44,937 bases of DNA from Candidatus Rokuibacteriota bacterium (GCA_037446305.1 JBBIIW010000003.1:1-44937), one strand, 5' to 3'. Shown: positions 32,114-41,338, counted from the stretch's first letter. Notes: generated by a model from the letters alone, not told the origin. Numbers and translations are program-made.

Positions 32114-34536
32114 CGGCGGGCCGCGGGCACGGCGAAGCGTTCGGCCGCCCCGGGCTCGAGCCGCGGTGGACGACCGGGGCCAAGGTCGGGATCGGCACGG
32201 CCTGCAATCCGCGGTCGCGGGTGTGGTTCACGCTGGCCCGGGGGATCGTGACCGAGGTCTACTATCCGCGGCTGGACACGGCCAACACGCGGGATCTCCA
32301 GTTGCTGATCACGGACGGGAAGAGCTTCGTCCACGAGGAGCAGCGCGATCTCGAGCACGCGGTGGCGTACGTGGATCCGCGGGCCCTCGCCTACCGGCTG
32401 GTCAACACCGACCCCGGGGGCCGTTATCGAATCGTCAAGCGGATCATCACGGACCCGGAGGCTGACGCGCTGGTCATGCGGATCCGCTTCGAGGCCCGAC
32501 GGGGGCGGGCGGGGGGCTACCGTCTGTTCGTGCTCCTGGCGCCTCATGTCGGCAACCGGGGCTACGGGAACTCCGGCCGGATCGCCGCGCTGGACGGAAC
32601 AAAGGTTCTCGTGGCCTGGCGGGAGGGCATCTACGCCGCGCTCGCCGCCGACGTGCCGGTGCCGAGGGCCTCCTGCGGCTTCGTCGGCTTCTCCGACGGC
32701 TGGCAGGACCTTCGGAACCTCGACATGGACTGGGAGTTCACGTCGGCCACCGACGGCAACATCGCCCTGACGGCCGAGGTGGACCGTTCCCGGGGGCGCG
32801 AGTTCACGCTCGCCCTCGGCTTCGGGAGGACCGAGGACGAAGCGGTCGAGACCGCTCTCCGGACGGCGCAGAAAAACTTCGACGCTCTCGAGCGCCGCTA
32901 CGTCGAGGAGTGGGCAGCCTACTGCGCCGGGCTCGAAGACCTGAGTCCTCACGCCGGGGACGGGGGCCGCCTGTTCTGGACCAGCGCCATGGTCTTGCGG
33001 GCCCTCGAAGACAAGACCTTTCCCGGCGCGTCGGTCGCCGCGCCGGCCATCCCCTGGGGCGAGGCGGCCGGCGACGGGAACGCCGGGGGCTACCACCTGG
33101 TCTGGCCCCGGGATCTGGTTCACGTCGCGACCGGGTGCCTGGCGATGGGCGATGGGCACGCCGCGCGTCGGGCCCTGAAGTACCTCGACCGGGTCCAGGA
33201 CAAGGCGCGTGGCAACTGGCGGCAGAACTTCTGGCTGGACGGCCGGCCGCACTGGGAGGGCTGCCAGATGGACGAGGTGGCCTTGCCCATCATCCTGGCC
33301 TGGCGCCTCCACAAGACCGGCCTCCTCGACGACAACCCCTACCCGGCGATGGTCAGGCCGGCCGCGCTCTACCTCGCGCGATGCGGCCCGGTCACCGAGC
33401 AGGAGCGGTGGGAGGAGAACGCCGGCTACTCGCCGTCCACCCTGGCGACGGAGATCGCCGGACTCCTGTGCGCGGCGGCGTTTGCCGACCTCAACGGCGA
33501 GCCGGAGCTGGGCCGGTACTTTCGAGAGGTCGCGGACTCGTGGGCGACGAAGGTCGAGGATTGGACCTTCACGACGTGCGGCCGGCTCCTGCCCGGCCAT
33601 CCCGACTACTACGAGCGGATCACCGCGGTGCGGCTGACCGACGGGCTGGAAGGCGACCCCAACTGGGGGTGCCTGCCGCTCCGGAACCTGCCGGTCGGAC
33701 CCCAGCCCCAGTTCCCCCAGTGCATGCTGTGCGCGCCGGGGGAGTTCTGCCAGTGCTGCATCGTGGACGGGGGCTTCCTGGAGCTCGTGCGCCTCGGCCT
33801 CCGGGCGCCCGACGACCCGCACGTGCTGAAGACGCTCCCGGTCTACGATGCGATCCTCGAGGTGGAGACGCCCTGCGGCCCGGTCTGGCGCCGGTACAAC
33901 TACGACGGCTACGGGGAGAAGCGCGACGGCGCCCCCTACGACGGGACCGGGGTCGGCCGGGCGTGGCCGCTCCTCACCGGCGAGCGGGCCCACTACGAGC
34001 TCGCGGCCGGCCGGGACCCCTCGCCCCTGGTCGCCGCCATGGAGTGCTTCGCGAACGAAGGGGGCCTGCTCCCCGAGCAGGTGTGGGATGCCGAGGACAT
34101 CCCCGAGAGGGGCCTCTTCAAGGGGCGGGGCACGGGCTCGGCCGCCCCGCTGGCCTGGGCCCACGCCGAGTACCTCCAGCTCCTGCGCTCGAAGGGCGAC
34201 AAAAAGGTCTTCGCCAGGATCGACGAGGTCTACGAGCGCTACGTCGTCGGCCGGGCGATATCGGACCTCGTCATCTGGAAGTTCAACCAGAAGGTCCGAG
34301 CGATCAGGGCGGAGCAGCGGCTCAGGATCGAGGTCTCCGCCCCGGCCTTCCTGCACTGGACGCGGGACGGGTGGGCGACGGTCTCCCACGATCCGATGAA
34401 GGAGATTGCCCCCGGGATCTACGCGTTCGAATTCCCGCCGGGGTCCTTCTCGCCGGGGCGGGCGCTGGTGTTCACGTTCTACTGGCCCGAGGCGGAGAAG
34501 TGGGAGGAGACGGACTTCGTCATCGCCGTCGCGTGA
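32110..34536 (+). CDS. Glucan 1,4-alpha-glucosidase (bacterial/archaeal glucoamylase, GH15) with an N-terminal beta-sandwich domain
   Basis: GLEPRWTTGAKVGIGTA...VWFTLARGIVTEVYYPRLDTANTRDLQLLITDG N-domain. Catalytic domain YHLVWPRDLVH..., QERWEENAGYSPSTLA, GRAWPLLTGERAHYEL. Confidence 0.85.
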   Translation: MTAGRGHGEAFGRPGLEPRWTTGAKVGIGTACNPRSRVWFTLARGIVTEVYYPRLDTANTRDLQLLITDGKSFVHEEQRDLEHAVAYVDPRALAYRLVNTDPGGRYRIVKRIITDPEADALVMRIRFEARRGRAGGYRLFVLLAPHVGNRGYGNSGRIAALDGTKVLVAWREGIYAALAADVPVPRASCGFVGFSDGWQDLRNLDMDWEFTSATDGNIALTAEVDRSRGREFTLALGFGRTEDEAVETALRTAQKNFDALERRYVEEWAAYCAGLEDLSPHAGDGGRLFWTSAMVLRALEDKTFPGASVAAPAIPWGEAAGDGNAGGYHLVWPRDLVHVATGCLAMGDGHAARRALKYLDRVQDKARGNWRQNFWLDGRPHWEGCQMDEVALPIILAWRLHKTGLLDDNPYPAMVRPAALYLARCGPVTEQERWEENAGYSPSTLATEIAGLLCAAAFADLNGEPELGRYFREVADSWATKVEDWTFTTCGRLLPGHPDYYERITAVRLTDGLEGDPNWGCLPLRNLPVGPQPQFPQCMLCAPGEFCQCCIVDGGFLELVRLGLRAPDDPHVLKTLPVYDAILEVETPCGPVWRRYNYDGYGEKRDGAPYDGTGVGRAWPLLTGERAHYELAAGRDPSPLVAAMECFANEGGLLPEQVWDAEDIPERGLFKGRGTGSAAPLAWAHAEYLQLLRSKGDKKVFARIDEVYERYVVGRAISDLVIWKFNQKVRAIRAEQRLRIEVSAPAFLHWTRDGWATVSHDPMKEIAPGIYAFEFPPGSFSPGRALVFTFYWPEAEKWEETDFVIAVA

Positions 34537-34652
34537 GCCGCCGCGACCGGCGGAGACCGCGACCGGCCCGTCCTCGCCCGGCCCGAGACGGTCCGGCGGC
34601 GCGGGCGTCCGCCATCCCGCGTGGACTGCCCGGAAGAGTGCGCCGTAAGGCG

Positions 34653-34780
34653 ATGCGCCTCCTCCTGGTCCGCTCGAGCCCGCCGATGTACTCCGTGATC
34701 TACCTGCGGCTCGAGCCGATCGGTCTCGAGCGCGTCGCCGCGGCCGCGCGCGGCCGGGCACGAGGTGCGGCAGTACGCCC
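34653..34780 (+). pseudogene. Short remnant resembling the N-terminus of a B12-binding radical-SAM protein
   Basis: MRLLLVRSSPPMYSVIYLRLEPIGLERVAAAAR... then loses the frame. There is no downstream radical-SAM CxxxCxxC. Confidence 0.3.
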
Positions 34781-35038
34781 GTGGGAAGGAACGAACTGCC
34801 TGGTGACCACCTCGTCGCCAGCACCGAGACCTGGCGGTGCTCGGGGCTCGCCTTCTACGCGTACTCCGTCTTCGGGACCCTGTTCCAGCTCTTCCCGCCC
34901 CTCTTCGACGCCATCATGGCGGAGTTCGGGGTCAGCCGCCCCGCGGTCTCGCTGATGGGGACCTCCGCAGGCTTCCTGACCATCAGCCCGCTGACGCTGG
35001 CTGGACTCGTCCTCGCCCTGACCCTGAAGACGCGGTGA
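34781..35038 (+). pseudogene. 85-aa ORF resembling an MFS transporter N-terminus (TM1-TM2), truncated before motif A. Its stop overlaps the next ATG.
   Basis: LAFYAYSVFGTLFQLFPPLFDAIMAEFGVSRPAVSLMGTSAGFLTISPLTLAGLV. Third codon positions are strongly G/C, which indicates a coding frame. Confidence 0.4.
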
Positions 35039-38000
35039 TGGCCGGCGGCCGGCTCCTGCTGGCCTGCTTCTTCCTGTCGGGCGCCACGGGGCTCGTCTAC
35101 GAAGTGGCCTGGACCCGAAGCCTCACCCTCGTGTTCGGGACCACCACCTTCGCCGTCAGCACGATCCTGGCGGCCTTCATGGCCGGGCTCGGCGCCGGTG
35201 CCGCCGCCGTCGGACGGTTCGTCGACCGGGGCGGTCGCCCGCTCCGCGTGTATGCGTGGCTGGAGCTGGGCATCGGCACGTTCGCCCTGGCCTTCCCGCA
35301 CGTCCCGCCGCTCCTCGTGCCCGTCTATCGGGCACTCTGGGAGGGTCAGCACGCCTCGTTCGTCGCGATGAGCCTGGTCCGCTTCGCGATCCTCTTCGTG
35401 CTCCTGCTCGTACCCACCATGCTGATGGGGGGCACGCTGCCGGCCCTGGCCCGCCACTTCGAGACCGGCGAGCGTGCGGCCGGCCGAGCCGCCGGCCTCC
35501 TCTACGGGATCAACACGCTCGGGGCCGTCGCGGGCGCCGGCGCGGCGGGGTTCATGCTCCTGCCGTGGCTCGGGCTCCGACACACCACCACCGTCGCGGC
35601 CGCCGTCAACCTGACGATCGGGGCCGGCGCACTGGTGCTGTCCCTCCGCGAGGCCGGCCCGGCGGCGCCCGTCTCGGCTCCCCAGCGCCGCGACCGCCGA
35701 CTCCGCCCGCCGGAGGCCGGGCTGCTCGCGGTCTTCGCCCTGTCGGGCTTCGTCGCGCTCCTCTCCGAGGTGGCGTGGACGCGCGGGCTCACGCTCGTCC
35801 TCGGCTCTTCCACGTATGCCTTCACGATCATGCTGGTCACCTTCCTGGCCGGGCTCGGCGGGGGGAGCCTCGGGATGGTCCGACTGCTCGGCCGGGGGCC
35901 CGACCTCCTCCGGGCCCTGGCGCTCCTCCAGGCCGGGATCGGCCTGCTGTCGATGGCGGCCGCGCACCTCTTCGCCGAGCTGCCGCTGCTCTATCTCTAT
36001 CTGTTCAAGGCGGTGTCAGGAGCCGCCGCGCCCATGGTCGTGGGCCAGTTCGCGCTGGCCGGGCTGATCATGCTCGGCCCCGCCCTCCTCATGGGCGCGA
36101 TGTTTCCCATCGTCGTCGAGCTGCTGGGCGATCGCCACGCCGGCGAGCGGGTCGGCCTGGCCTACGCGAGCAACACCCTCGGCGCCGTGCTCGGCGCGGC
36201 GCTGGCCGGGTTCGTCATCATGCCCGCGATCGGGATCGCCCACACGCTGATCCTCGGCGTGGCGCTGAGCCTGGCTGCGGCGCTCGGCGTCCTGGCGGTC
36301 TCCGGCCGGCACTGGCGAGGCGCCAGCGTCACGGCCGCGCTCCTGGTGTCGCTTCCGCTGCTGGCCCCGCGCTGGGAGCCGCTCGCGATGTCGAGCGGGG
36401 TCTACAAGGAGGCCCCGCTCTTCCTCCGTCTCTACGCCTCGCCGCCGGAGGTCTTCACCAGATTGCTGCCCCAGTTCAGCCTCCTCTACTACCGCGACGG
36501 TCCCACGGCCACCGTGACGGTGACCGAGCGGCCATCGCTGGAGGATCACCGCCACCTGGCGCTCGCCATCGACGGGAAGGTGGACGCCTCGACCTCGGGG
36601 GACATGCCCACCCAGGTGCTCTCCGGCCACCTTCCTCTGCTGCTGCACCCGGATCCCGAGACGGTGCTGGTGATCGGGCTCGCGAGCGGGGTGACGGTGG
36701 GTGCGGTCGCCCGCCACCCCGTCCGGGAGATCACGGCGGTGGAGATCGAGCCGGCGGTGGTGGAGGCCTCGGGGCTCTTCGCCGCCGTCAACCACCAGCC
36801 GCTGCGCGACCCACGGGTGCGCCTCGTCGTGGACGACGCGCGCAATCTCCTCCTGCGCTCACCCGCGCGCTACGACGTGATCATCTCGGAGCCCTCCAAC
36901 CCCTGGATGAGCGGCCCGGCGAAGCTCTTCACCTACGAGTTCTTCCAGTTGGGCCGCCAGCGGCTCCGGCCTCACGGCCTGTTCGTCCAGTGGCTCCAGC
37001 TCTACGGGATCACGGAAGAAGCGCTGAAGACTCTGGTGAGGACGTTTCGGAGGGTCTTCCCCCATCACCTCGTCTTTCAGCCGGCGGAGGGCGACCTCCT
37101 GCTGGTGGGCGGGGCCGAGCCGGTGCTGGCGCCGCCGAAGCGGATCGGCGAGCGAATGGGCAGGAACGGCATCGCCGAGGATCTCGCGCGAGTCGGCGTG
37201 CGTGACGTCTTCGACCTGCTCGCACGGTTCCGGCTCGGCGAGGCCGAGACGGGCACCTGGGCGGGTGCGGGCCCGCTCAACACCGACGACAACGCGCTCA
37301 TCGAGTTCTCCGCGCCCTGGCAGATCCACCTGGAGACGCTGGCCCGTAACACCGAGGCGGTGGCGCGGGCCGGCGAGCGTGTCGCCCCGTACCTCGCGCT
37401 CGATGACAGCTCCTCGCGCGAGCGCGCAGAGTTCCTGGTCCGTTTGGCCGCGAAGGTCCTGGCCCTGGGCGATGCGACGCGGGCGGAGACGATCGCCGGG
37501 GAGGGACTCGCCCTCGCAACATCGGCCGACGGGCTCTCCGTGCTCGGCGCCGCTCTCGAGCGTCAAGGGCGGGACCAGGAAGCGGTGCGCCTCTGGCAGG
37601 AGGCCCTGACCCTGGCTCCGCGCCACCGGGACACCTTGCTCCGGCTGGCCCTGTACCACCACGAGCGGGGCGAGCCCGCGGAGGCAGCCCAGCGCCTGTC
37701 TCCGCTCGCCGATGCCGGCGACCCAGACGTCCGGTACCTGCTCGGCGTGAGCCACTACGAGCGCAGGCTCTACCGGGGCGCGCTGGCCTTCCTTGAAGAC
37801 GCCGCGAGCGGCGGCCGCCAGCGGCCGATGGACGGCGCCGAGTCTGTGGCGGGCGCGTGGGCGGGCGGCCTCGGCGTCCGGCGGCTGGCGCTGTACTACC
37901 TGCACGTCGTGAACGAAAGGCTCGGTCATCGGCGAGCGGCCGCGCAAGCGTGGGCGCGCTTCCTCGGGGCCCTGGACGACTGGCGGGAGGAGCTCGAGCG

Positions 38001-38469
38001 CAAACGCCCCGACCCCGGGCGGTTCGCTCTCGTCGAGCTCGTCCGGCGCCGCTCGGAACGGGGCGTGGGTCGTCCCGAGGACGCACATCTCACCGAGGTC
38101 CTCGTGCGCCGCGTCGTCGAACCGCTGAGCCATTACTACCAGGGCGTGACGGCCTACATCCTCGGCTATCCGGAGCACGCCATCGCCGACCTGAACGTCG
38201 CCCTGAGCCGGCTCGGCCCCGCCGGGCGGCGGTCGCGTGCGCTCCTGTACCTGGGGCTCGCGGAGTGGAGGCTGGAGCACCTGCCGAGCGCCCGCCTCCA
38301 CCTCGAGGGATTCCTGGAGCATCTGGAGGGCCCTGATCGGAACAGCCTGGCCGCCGCCGAGGCCAGCCGGGCCCTGGCGTCGATCTACGCGGCGCAGGGC
38401 ATGCCCGAACGGGCGGCGGAGCTCGGCCGCCGGGCGGAGCTGATTCTGAAGACCGTCGAGGGCCGCTGA
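35038..38469 (+). CDS. Fused polytopic-membrane / spermidine-synthase-like protein with a C-terminal TPR region
   Basis: About 12 TM helices (LACFFLSGATGLVYEVAWTRSLTLVFG repeated at FALSGFVALLSEVAWTRGLTLVLG). Methyltransferase-fold motifs VLVIGLASGVTVG and YDVIISEPSNPWMSG. TPR-like repeats at the C-terminus. Confidence 0.85.
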   Translation: MAGGRLLLACFFLSGATGLVYEVAWTRSLTLVFGTTTFAVSTILAAFMAGLGAGAAAVGRFVDRGGRPLRVYAWLELGIGTFALAFPHVPPLLVPVYRALWEGQHASFVAMSLVRFAILFVLLLVPTMLMGGTLPALARHFETGERAAGRAAGLLYGINTLGAVAGAGAAGFMLLPWLGLRHTTTVAAAVNLTIGAGALVLSLREAGPAAPVSAPQRRDRRLRPPEAGLLAVFALSGFVALLSEVAWTRGLTLVLGSSTYAFTIMLVTFLAGLGGGSLGMVRLLGRGPDLLRALALLQAGIGLLSMAAAHLFAELPLLYLYLFKAVSGAAAPMVVGQFALAGLIMLGPALLMGAMFPIVVELLGDRHAGERVGLAYASNTLGAVLGAALAGFVIMPAIGIAHTLILGVALSLAAALGVLAVSGRHWRGASVTAALLVSLPLLAPRWEPLAMSSGVYKEAPLFLRLYASPPEVFTRLLPQFSLLYYRDGPTATVTVTERPSLEDHRHLALAIDGKVDASTSGDMPTQVLSGHLPLLLHPDPETVLVIGLASGVTVGAVARHPVREITAVEIEPAVVEASGLFAAVNHQPLRDPRVRLVVDDARNLLLRSPARYDVIISEPSNPWMSGPAKLFTYEFFQLGRQRLRPHGLFVQWLQLYGITEEALKTLVRTFRRVFPHHLVFQPAEGDLLLVGGAEPVLAPPKRIGERMGRNGIAEDLARVGVRDVFDLLARFRLGEAETGTWAGAGPLNTDDNALIEFSAPWQIHLETLARNTEAVARAGERVAPYLALDDSSSRERAEFLVRLAAKVLALGDATRAETIAGEGLALATSADGLSVLGAALERQGRDQEAVRLWQEALTLAPRHRDTLLRLALYHHERGEPAEAAQRLSPLADAGDPDVRYLLGVSHYERRLYRGALAFLEDAASGGRQRPMDGAESVAGAWAGGLGVRRLALYYLHVVNERLGHRRAAAQAWARFLGALDDWREELERKRPDPGRFALVELVRRRSERGVGRPEDAHLTEVLVRRVVEPLSHYYQGVTAYILGYPEHAIADLNVALSRLGPAGRRSRALLYLGLAEWRLEHLPSARLHLEGFLEHLEGPDRNSLAAAEASRALASIYAAQGMPERAAELGRRAELILKTVEGR

Positions 38470-38499
38470 GCGCCGGGCTGGCGGAGCGAGACACCCGAC

Positions 38500-38527
38500 A
38501 AACCCGCGTCCGATCCACGGCGAATAC
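38500..38527 (+). promoter_or_regulatory. ECF-type promoter candidate P4: AAACCC-N15-CGAATAC
   Basis: Fourth exact copy. It ends 14 nt before the GTG at 38541, the same spacing as P1 to 13811. Confidence 0.5.
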
Positions 38528-38540
38528 AAAGCAGAACTGG

Positions 38541-38942
38541 GTGCTGGTACCGAGGCGTCCGTTGCAGGAGGAGCGGTGGGGAACCGGATCGTCTGCGACT
38601 TCCTCCATCGCGGGATCGTGCCGGCAGGCGGGTGCGACGAGCACGACGGGATCCGCCGACCCGACCCCGCGCAGGAGCGGCGTGGCCTCGGTCGGCCGCC
38701 GGCATGAAGGGGAAGGCACAGCAACGGCCCGCCCGGCCCCCGGAGCCGTTCCAGCCCGGTCCGGCTGGCGTGCCGGGCCCCTCGTGCGCGCGCTCGTCCC
38801 TGCGCTGATCCTGCTCCTGAGCATGGCTCTCGCCGGGATCGTCCTGGAGCTGACCGCCCCGAACCGGCCTGCGCAGACTGGGGCCGGCGCCCCGACACCG
38901 ATCGACCCCGGATCGTGCCGGGGACCGTGCCTCGTCCCGTAG
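38541..38942 (+). CDS. Hypothetical single-pass membrane protein
   Basis: 133-aa ORF placed at the P1-like distance from promoter P4. G/C dominates its third codon positions. One clear TM helix (LVRALVPALILLLSMALAGIVLEL). No homology recognised. Confidence 0.35.
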   Translation: MLVPRRPLQEERWGTGSSATSSIAGSCRQAGATSTTGSADPTPRRSGVASVGRRHEGEGTATARPAPGAVPARSGWRAGPLVRALVPALILLLSMALAGIVLELTAPNRPAQTGAGAPTPIDPGSCRGPCLVP

Positions 38943-39136
38943 GGTGCGGTGAGGAGTCGGCGAGAGCTCGGGGGCTTGGCAGACTTACGGCATCCCGGGC
39001 GCAGGGTCGGCGGCGCTCGTGGGGGCCTACATCGCCTGGGAACTCGCCCGGTGCCGCCGGTTCCGGATGCCGCCGCTCCCCCACCCGGCGCCGCCGGCCG
39101 ACGCGCGAGGGCCGGCCTCGTCGGAGCAAAGGGATC

Positions 39137-40246
39137 ATGAGAGCAGTCAGCGTGACGCCCGGGCAGAAGCGCAGCGCCGTGCTGCGGGAGGTTCCCGCGC
39201 CGCTCTACGGGCCGCAGGAGGTTCTGGTCCGTGTGATCGACGTGGGCGTGGATGCCACCGATGCCGAGATCGACGAGGGGCTCTACGGCGAGGCGCCCCC
39301 GGGCGAGGACGTCTTGATCATCGGCCACGAGTCGCTCGGGCGCGTCGAGAGGGTGGGGACCGCGGTGCGGGAGCTCCGGCATGGCGATCTCGTGGTGGCT
39401 ACCGTCCGCCGCCCCGGGGAGTGCCTGAACTGCCGGATCGGCGAGAGCGACATGTGCCGGGACGGCGATTACACCGAGCGGGGGATCCGGGGAGCCCACG
39501 GCTTCATGGCGGACTACTATGTGGACCGCCCGGAGTTCCTGGTGAGGCTCCCGCCCGCGTTCAGGGCGGTCGGCGTGCTCCTCGAGCCGCTCTCCATCGC
39601 CGAGAAGGCGGTCGTCCAGAGCTTCGCCGTCCAGCGGCGACTTCGCTGGGAGCCGAAGCGCGCCCTGGTGTTGGGGGCGGGGCCGATCGGACTCCTGGCC
39701 GCTCTGGTGTTGAGGACGCTCCGGGGGCTGGAGGTCACCGTCGTCGGGAGGGAGGTCCTGGAGGCGAGCGCGCCGAAGCACGAGATCGTGAGGCGCATCG
39801 GGGCCCGCTACGTCTCGACGCTCGCGGTTCCCGTCCTCGAACTCCCCCGGAGGTTCGGCGCGGTGGACCTGATCATCGAGGCCACCGGCCATCCGCAGGT
39901 CGCGCTCGACGCCGCGCAGATCCTCGGGCGGAACGGCGTCCTCTGCCTCCTCGGGATCCCCGGGCGCGACGAGACCGCCCTCCTCCCCGCCGCGCGACTC
40001 ATCCGCGGCCTCGTGCTTGGCAACCAGGTCGTCCTGGGGTCGGTCAACGCCAGTCGTCGCTACTTCGACCTTGGGATCCAGCACCTGGGCGAGTTCGAGC
40101 GGCGCTGGCCGGGCCTTCTCCCCCGCCTGATCACGCGGCGCCTGCCCCTGGAGGACTTCCGCGAAGCCCTGGAGAGCCGCCACGAGAACATCAAGGTCGT
40201 GCTCGAGGGGGGATCGAGGGAGGAAGTCGGGGAACAACCTTCATGA
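39137..40246 (+). CDS. Glucose 1-dehydrogenase-like MDR (zinc-dependent) dehydrogenase, archaeal GDH type
   Basis: VLVRVIDVGVDATDAEI (Asp in place of the Zn-ligand Cys, as in Haloferax GDH), IIGHESLGRV, RRPGECLNCRIGESDMCRDGDYTERGIRGAHGFMADY, LVLGAGPIGLL. Confidence 0.8.
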   Translation: MRAVSVTPGQKRSAVLREVPAPLYGPQEVLVRVIDVGVDATDAEIDEGLYGEAPPGEDVLIIGHESLGRVERVGTAVRELRHGDLVVATVRRPGECLNCRIGESDMCRDGDYTERGIRGAHGFMADYYVDRPEFLVRLPPAFRAVGVLLEPLSIAEKAVVQSFAVQRRLRWEPKRALVLGAGPIGLLAALVLRTLRGLEVTVVGREVLEASAPKHEIVRRIGARYVSTLAVPVLELPRRFGAVDLIIEATGHPQVALDAAQILGRNGVLCLLGIPGRDETALLPAARLIRGLVLGNQVVLGSVNASRRYFDLGIQHLGEFERRWPGLLPRLITRRLPLEDFREALESRHENIKVVLEGGSREEVGEQPS

Positions 40247-40823
40247 GGTTGCGCCCCGCCGTGATCTCGGGCTCGGGTGGCTCCGCGATCGCCGCGGGTC
40301 GCAGTGCGCCCTCTGCGGTCGGCGGCCGGCGGGCCGCGCCGTCCGTCGGAGACGGCGCGTGTTCTGCTCGGCAGGGCGCGCATCTCGACGCCGAGACGCG
40401 GCGAGTCGCAACCAGGCTGCGCTGGACGGGCTCCCGGCGCGGCGCGGATCCTCGCCCCGTGTCGCCATCGCGGGGGCCGGCTCCCCATGCGCGGGAGCCG
40501 GGGCGGGTCGAACGGCGCCATCAGTAACGTCCCGGCGGCTCCTCCGTTTACCCGGGTGCGAGTGGGCGATGCGCGAACTGTGCCGCAAGGGGGAAGCATG
40601 CGCACGAGCTGGCTCAGCGTGGGGCCTCAATCGGCCCGACCCTGGCCGTGACGCTGGGGATCGCGGGTTTCGGGGCGCTGGCGAGTTTGACGCCGTACCG
40701 GCCGTACAATCTGGCCGTGGCCATCCTGGCGCCGGCCGCCCCGTACTGGACGACGTATCGGGCGAGGTGGCGACAGCTGCGACAGGGAGGGCTTCGGGGC
40801 TACCGCCCGTAGTTGCAGAGCCC

Positions 40824-41185
40824 ATGACGGATTTCGCCGCCGAGATCGAGGCCTTTCTCGCCACTTCTCTCCCGAGGACACCACGGTGATGCGCCACGCC
40901 TTCCGCGCGATCCTGGAGGGCGCGCCGGCGACGATCGCGAACCTCCGGGCCGCGAGCGGGCTCCCGGGTCCGGTCGTCGAGGAGGCGGTGCGCCGGCTCC
41001 TCGAGCGGGGCACCCTCGTCGCGGAGGCCGGCCGGATCACCGGCTCGCGCGGGCTCTCGCTGACCGAGATGCCGCACCGTCTGGTGCTCGCCGGGCGCCC
41101 ACACTACGCGTTCACCTGGATGAATGGAAGACCAAGAGCCCACGGCCGGGCCGCATGCTCGCGATCGCCGAGGCGGCGGCCCTGA
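40824..41185 (+). pseudogene. Organomercurial-lyase (MerB)-like N-terminal remnant, frameshifted near 40872-40876 and truncated before the catalytic Cys region
   Basis: MTDFAAEIEAFLATS(L)P | EDTTVMRHAFRAILEGAPATIANLRAASGLPGPVVEEAVRRLLERGTLVAEAGRITGSRGLSLTEMPHRLVLAGRPHYAF. This resembles the MerB wHTH plus G.GLSL.ET.H....GR.LYAWCA.D, but similarity stops at an AT-richer junction (ggatgaatggaagaccaagag). Confidence 0.45.
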
Positions 41186-41338
41186 GCCCGCGCCTGTGGG
41201 CTCCGATGGGTGGACCGTGAGCGGCCGCGAGCGCCACCCGAAGTCCGTGGCCGCCCTCGGCATCGTCGCGCCACCGGGCGCCGGTGCCGCGGCCACGCGG
41301 GGCGAGGAGCGGCGGGTCCGCGCGGCGGGAGGGCGTCG

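Noticed and set aside
40246-40600. ORFs 40277..40651 (+), 40359..40889 (+) and 40060..40605 (-) in the gap after glucose dehydrogenase.
   Set aside because: Their translations are Arg/Gly/Pro/Ala-rich with no motifs or clear TM or codon-position signal. I treat the region as non-coding or degenerate. Function is unknown.
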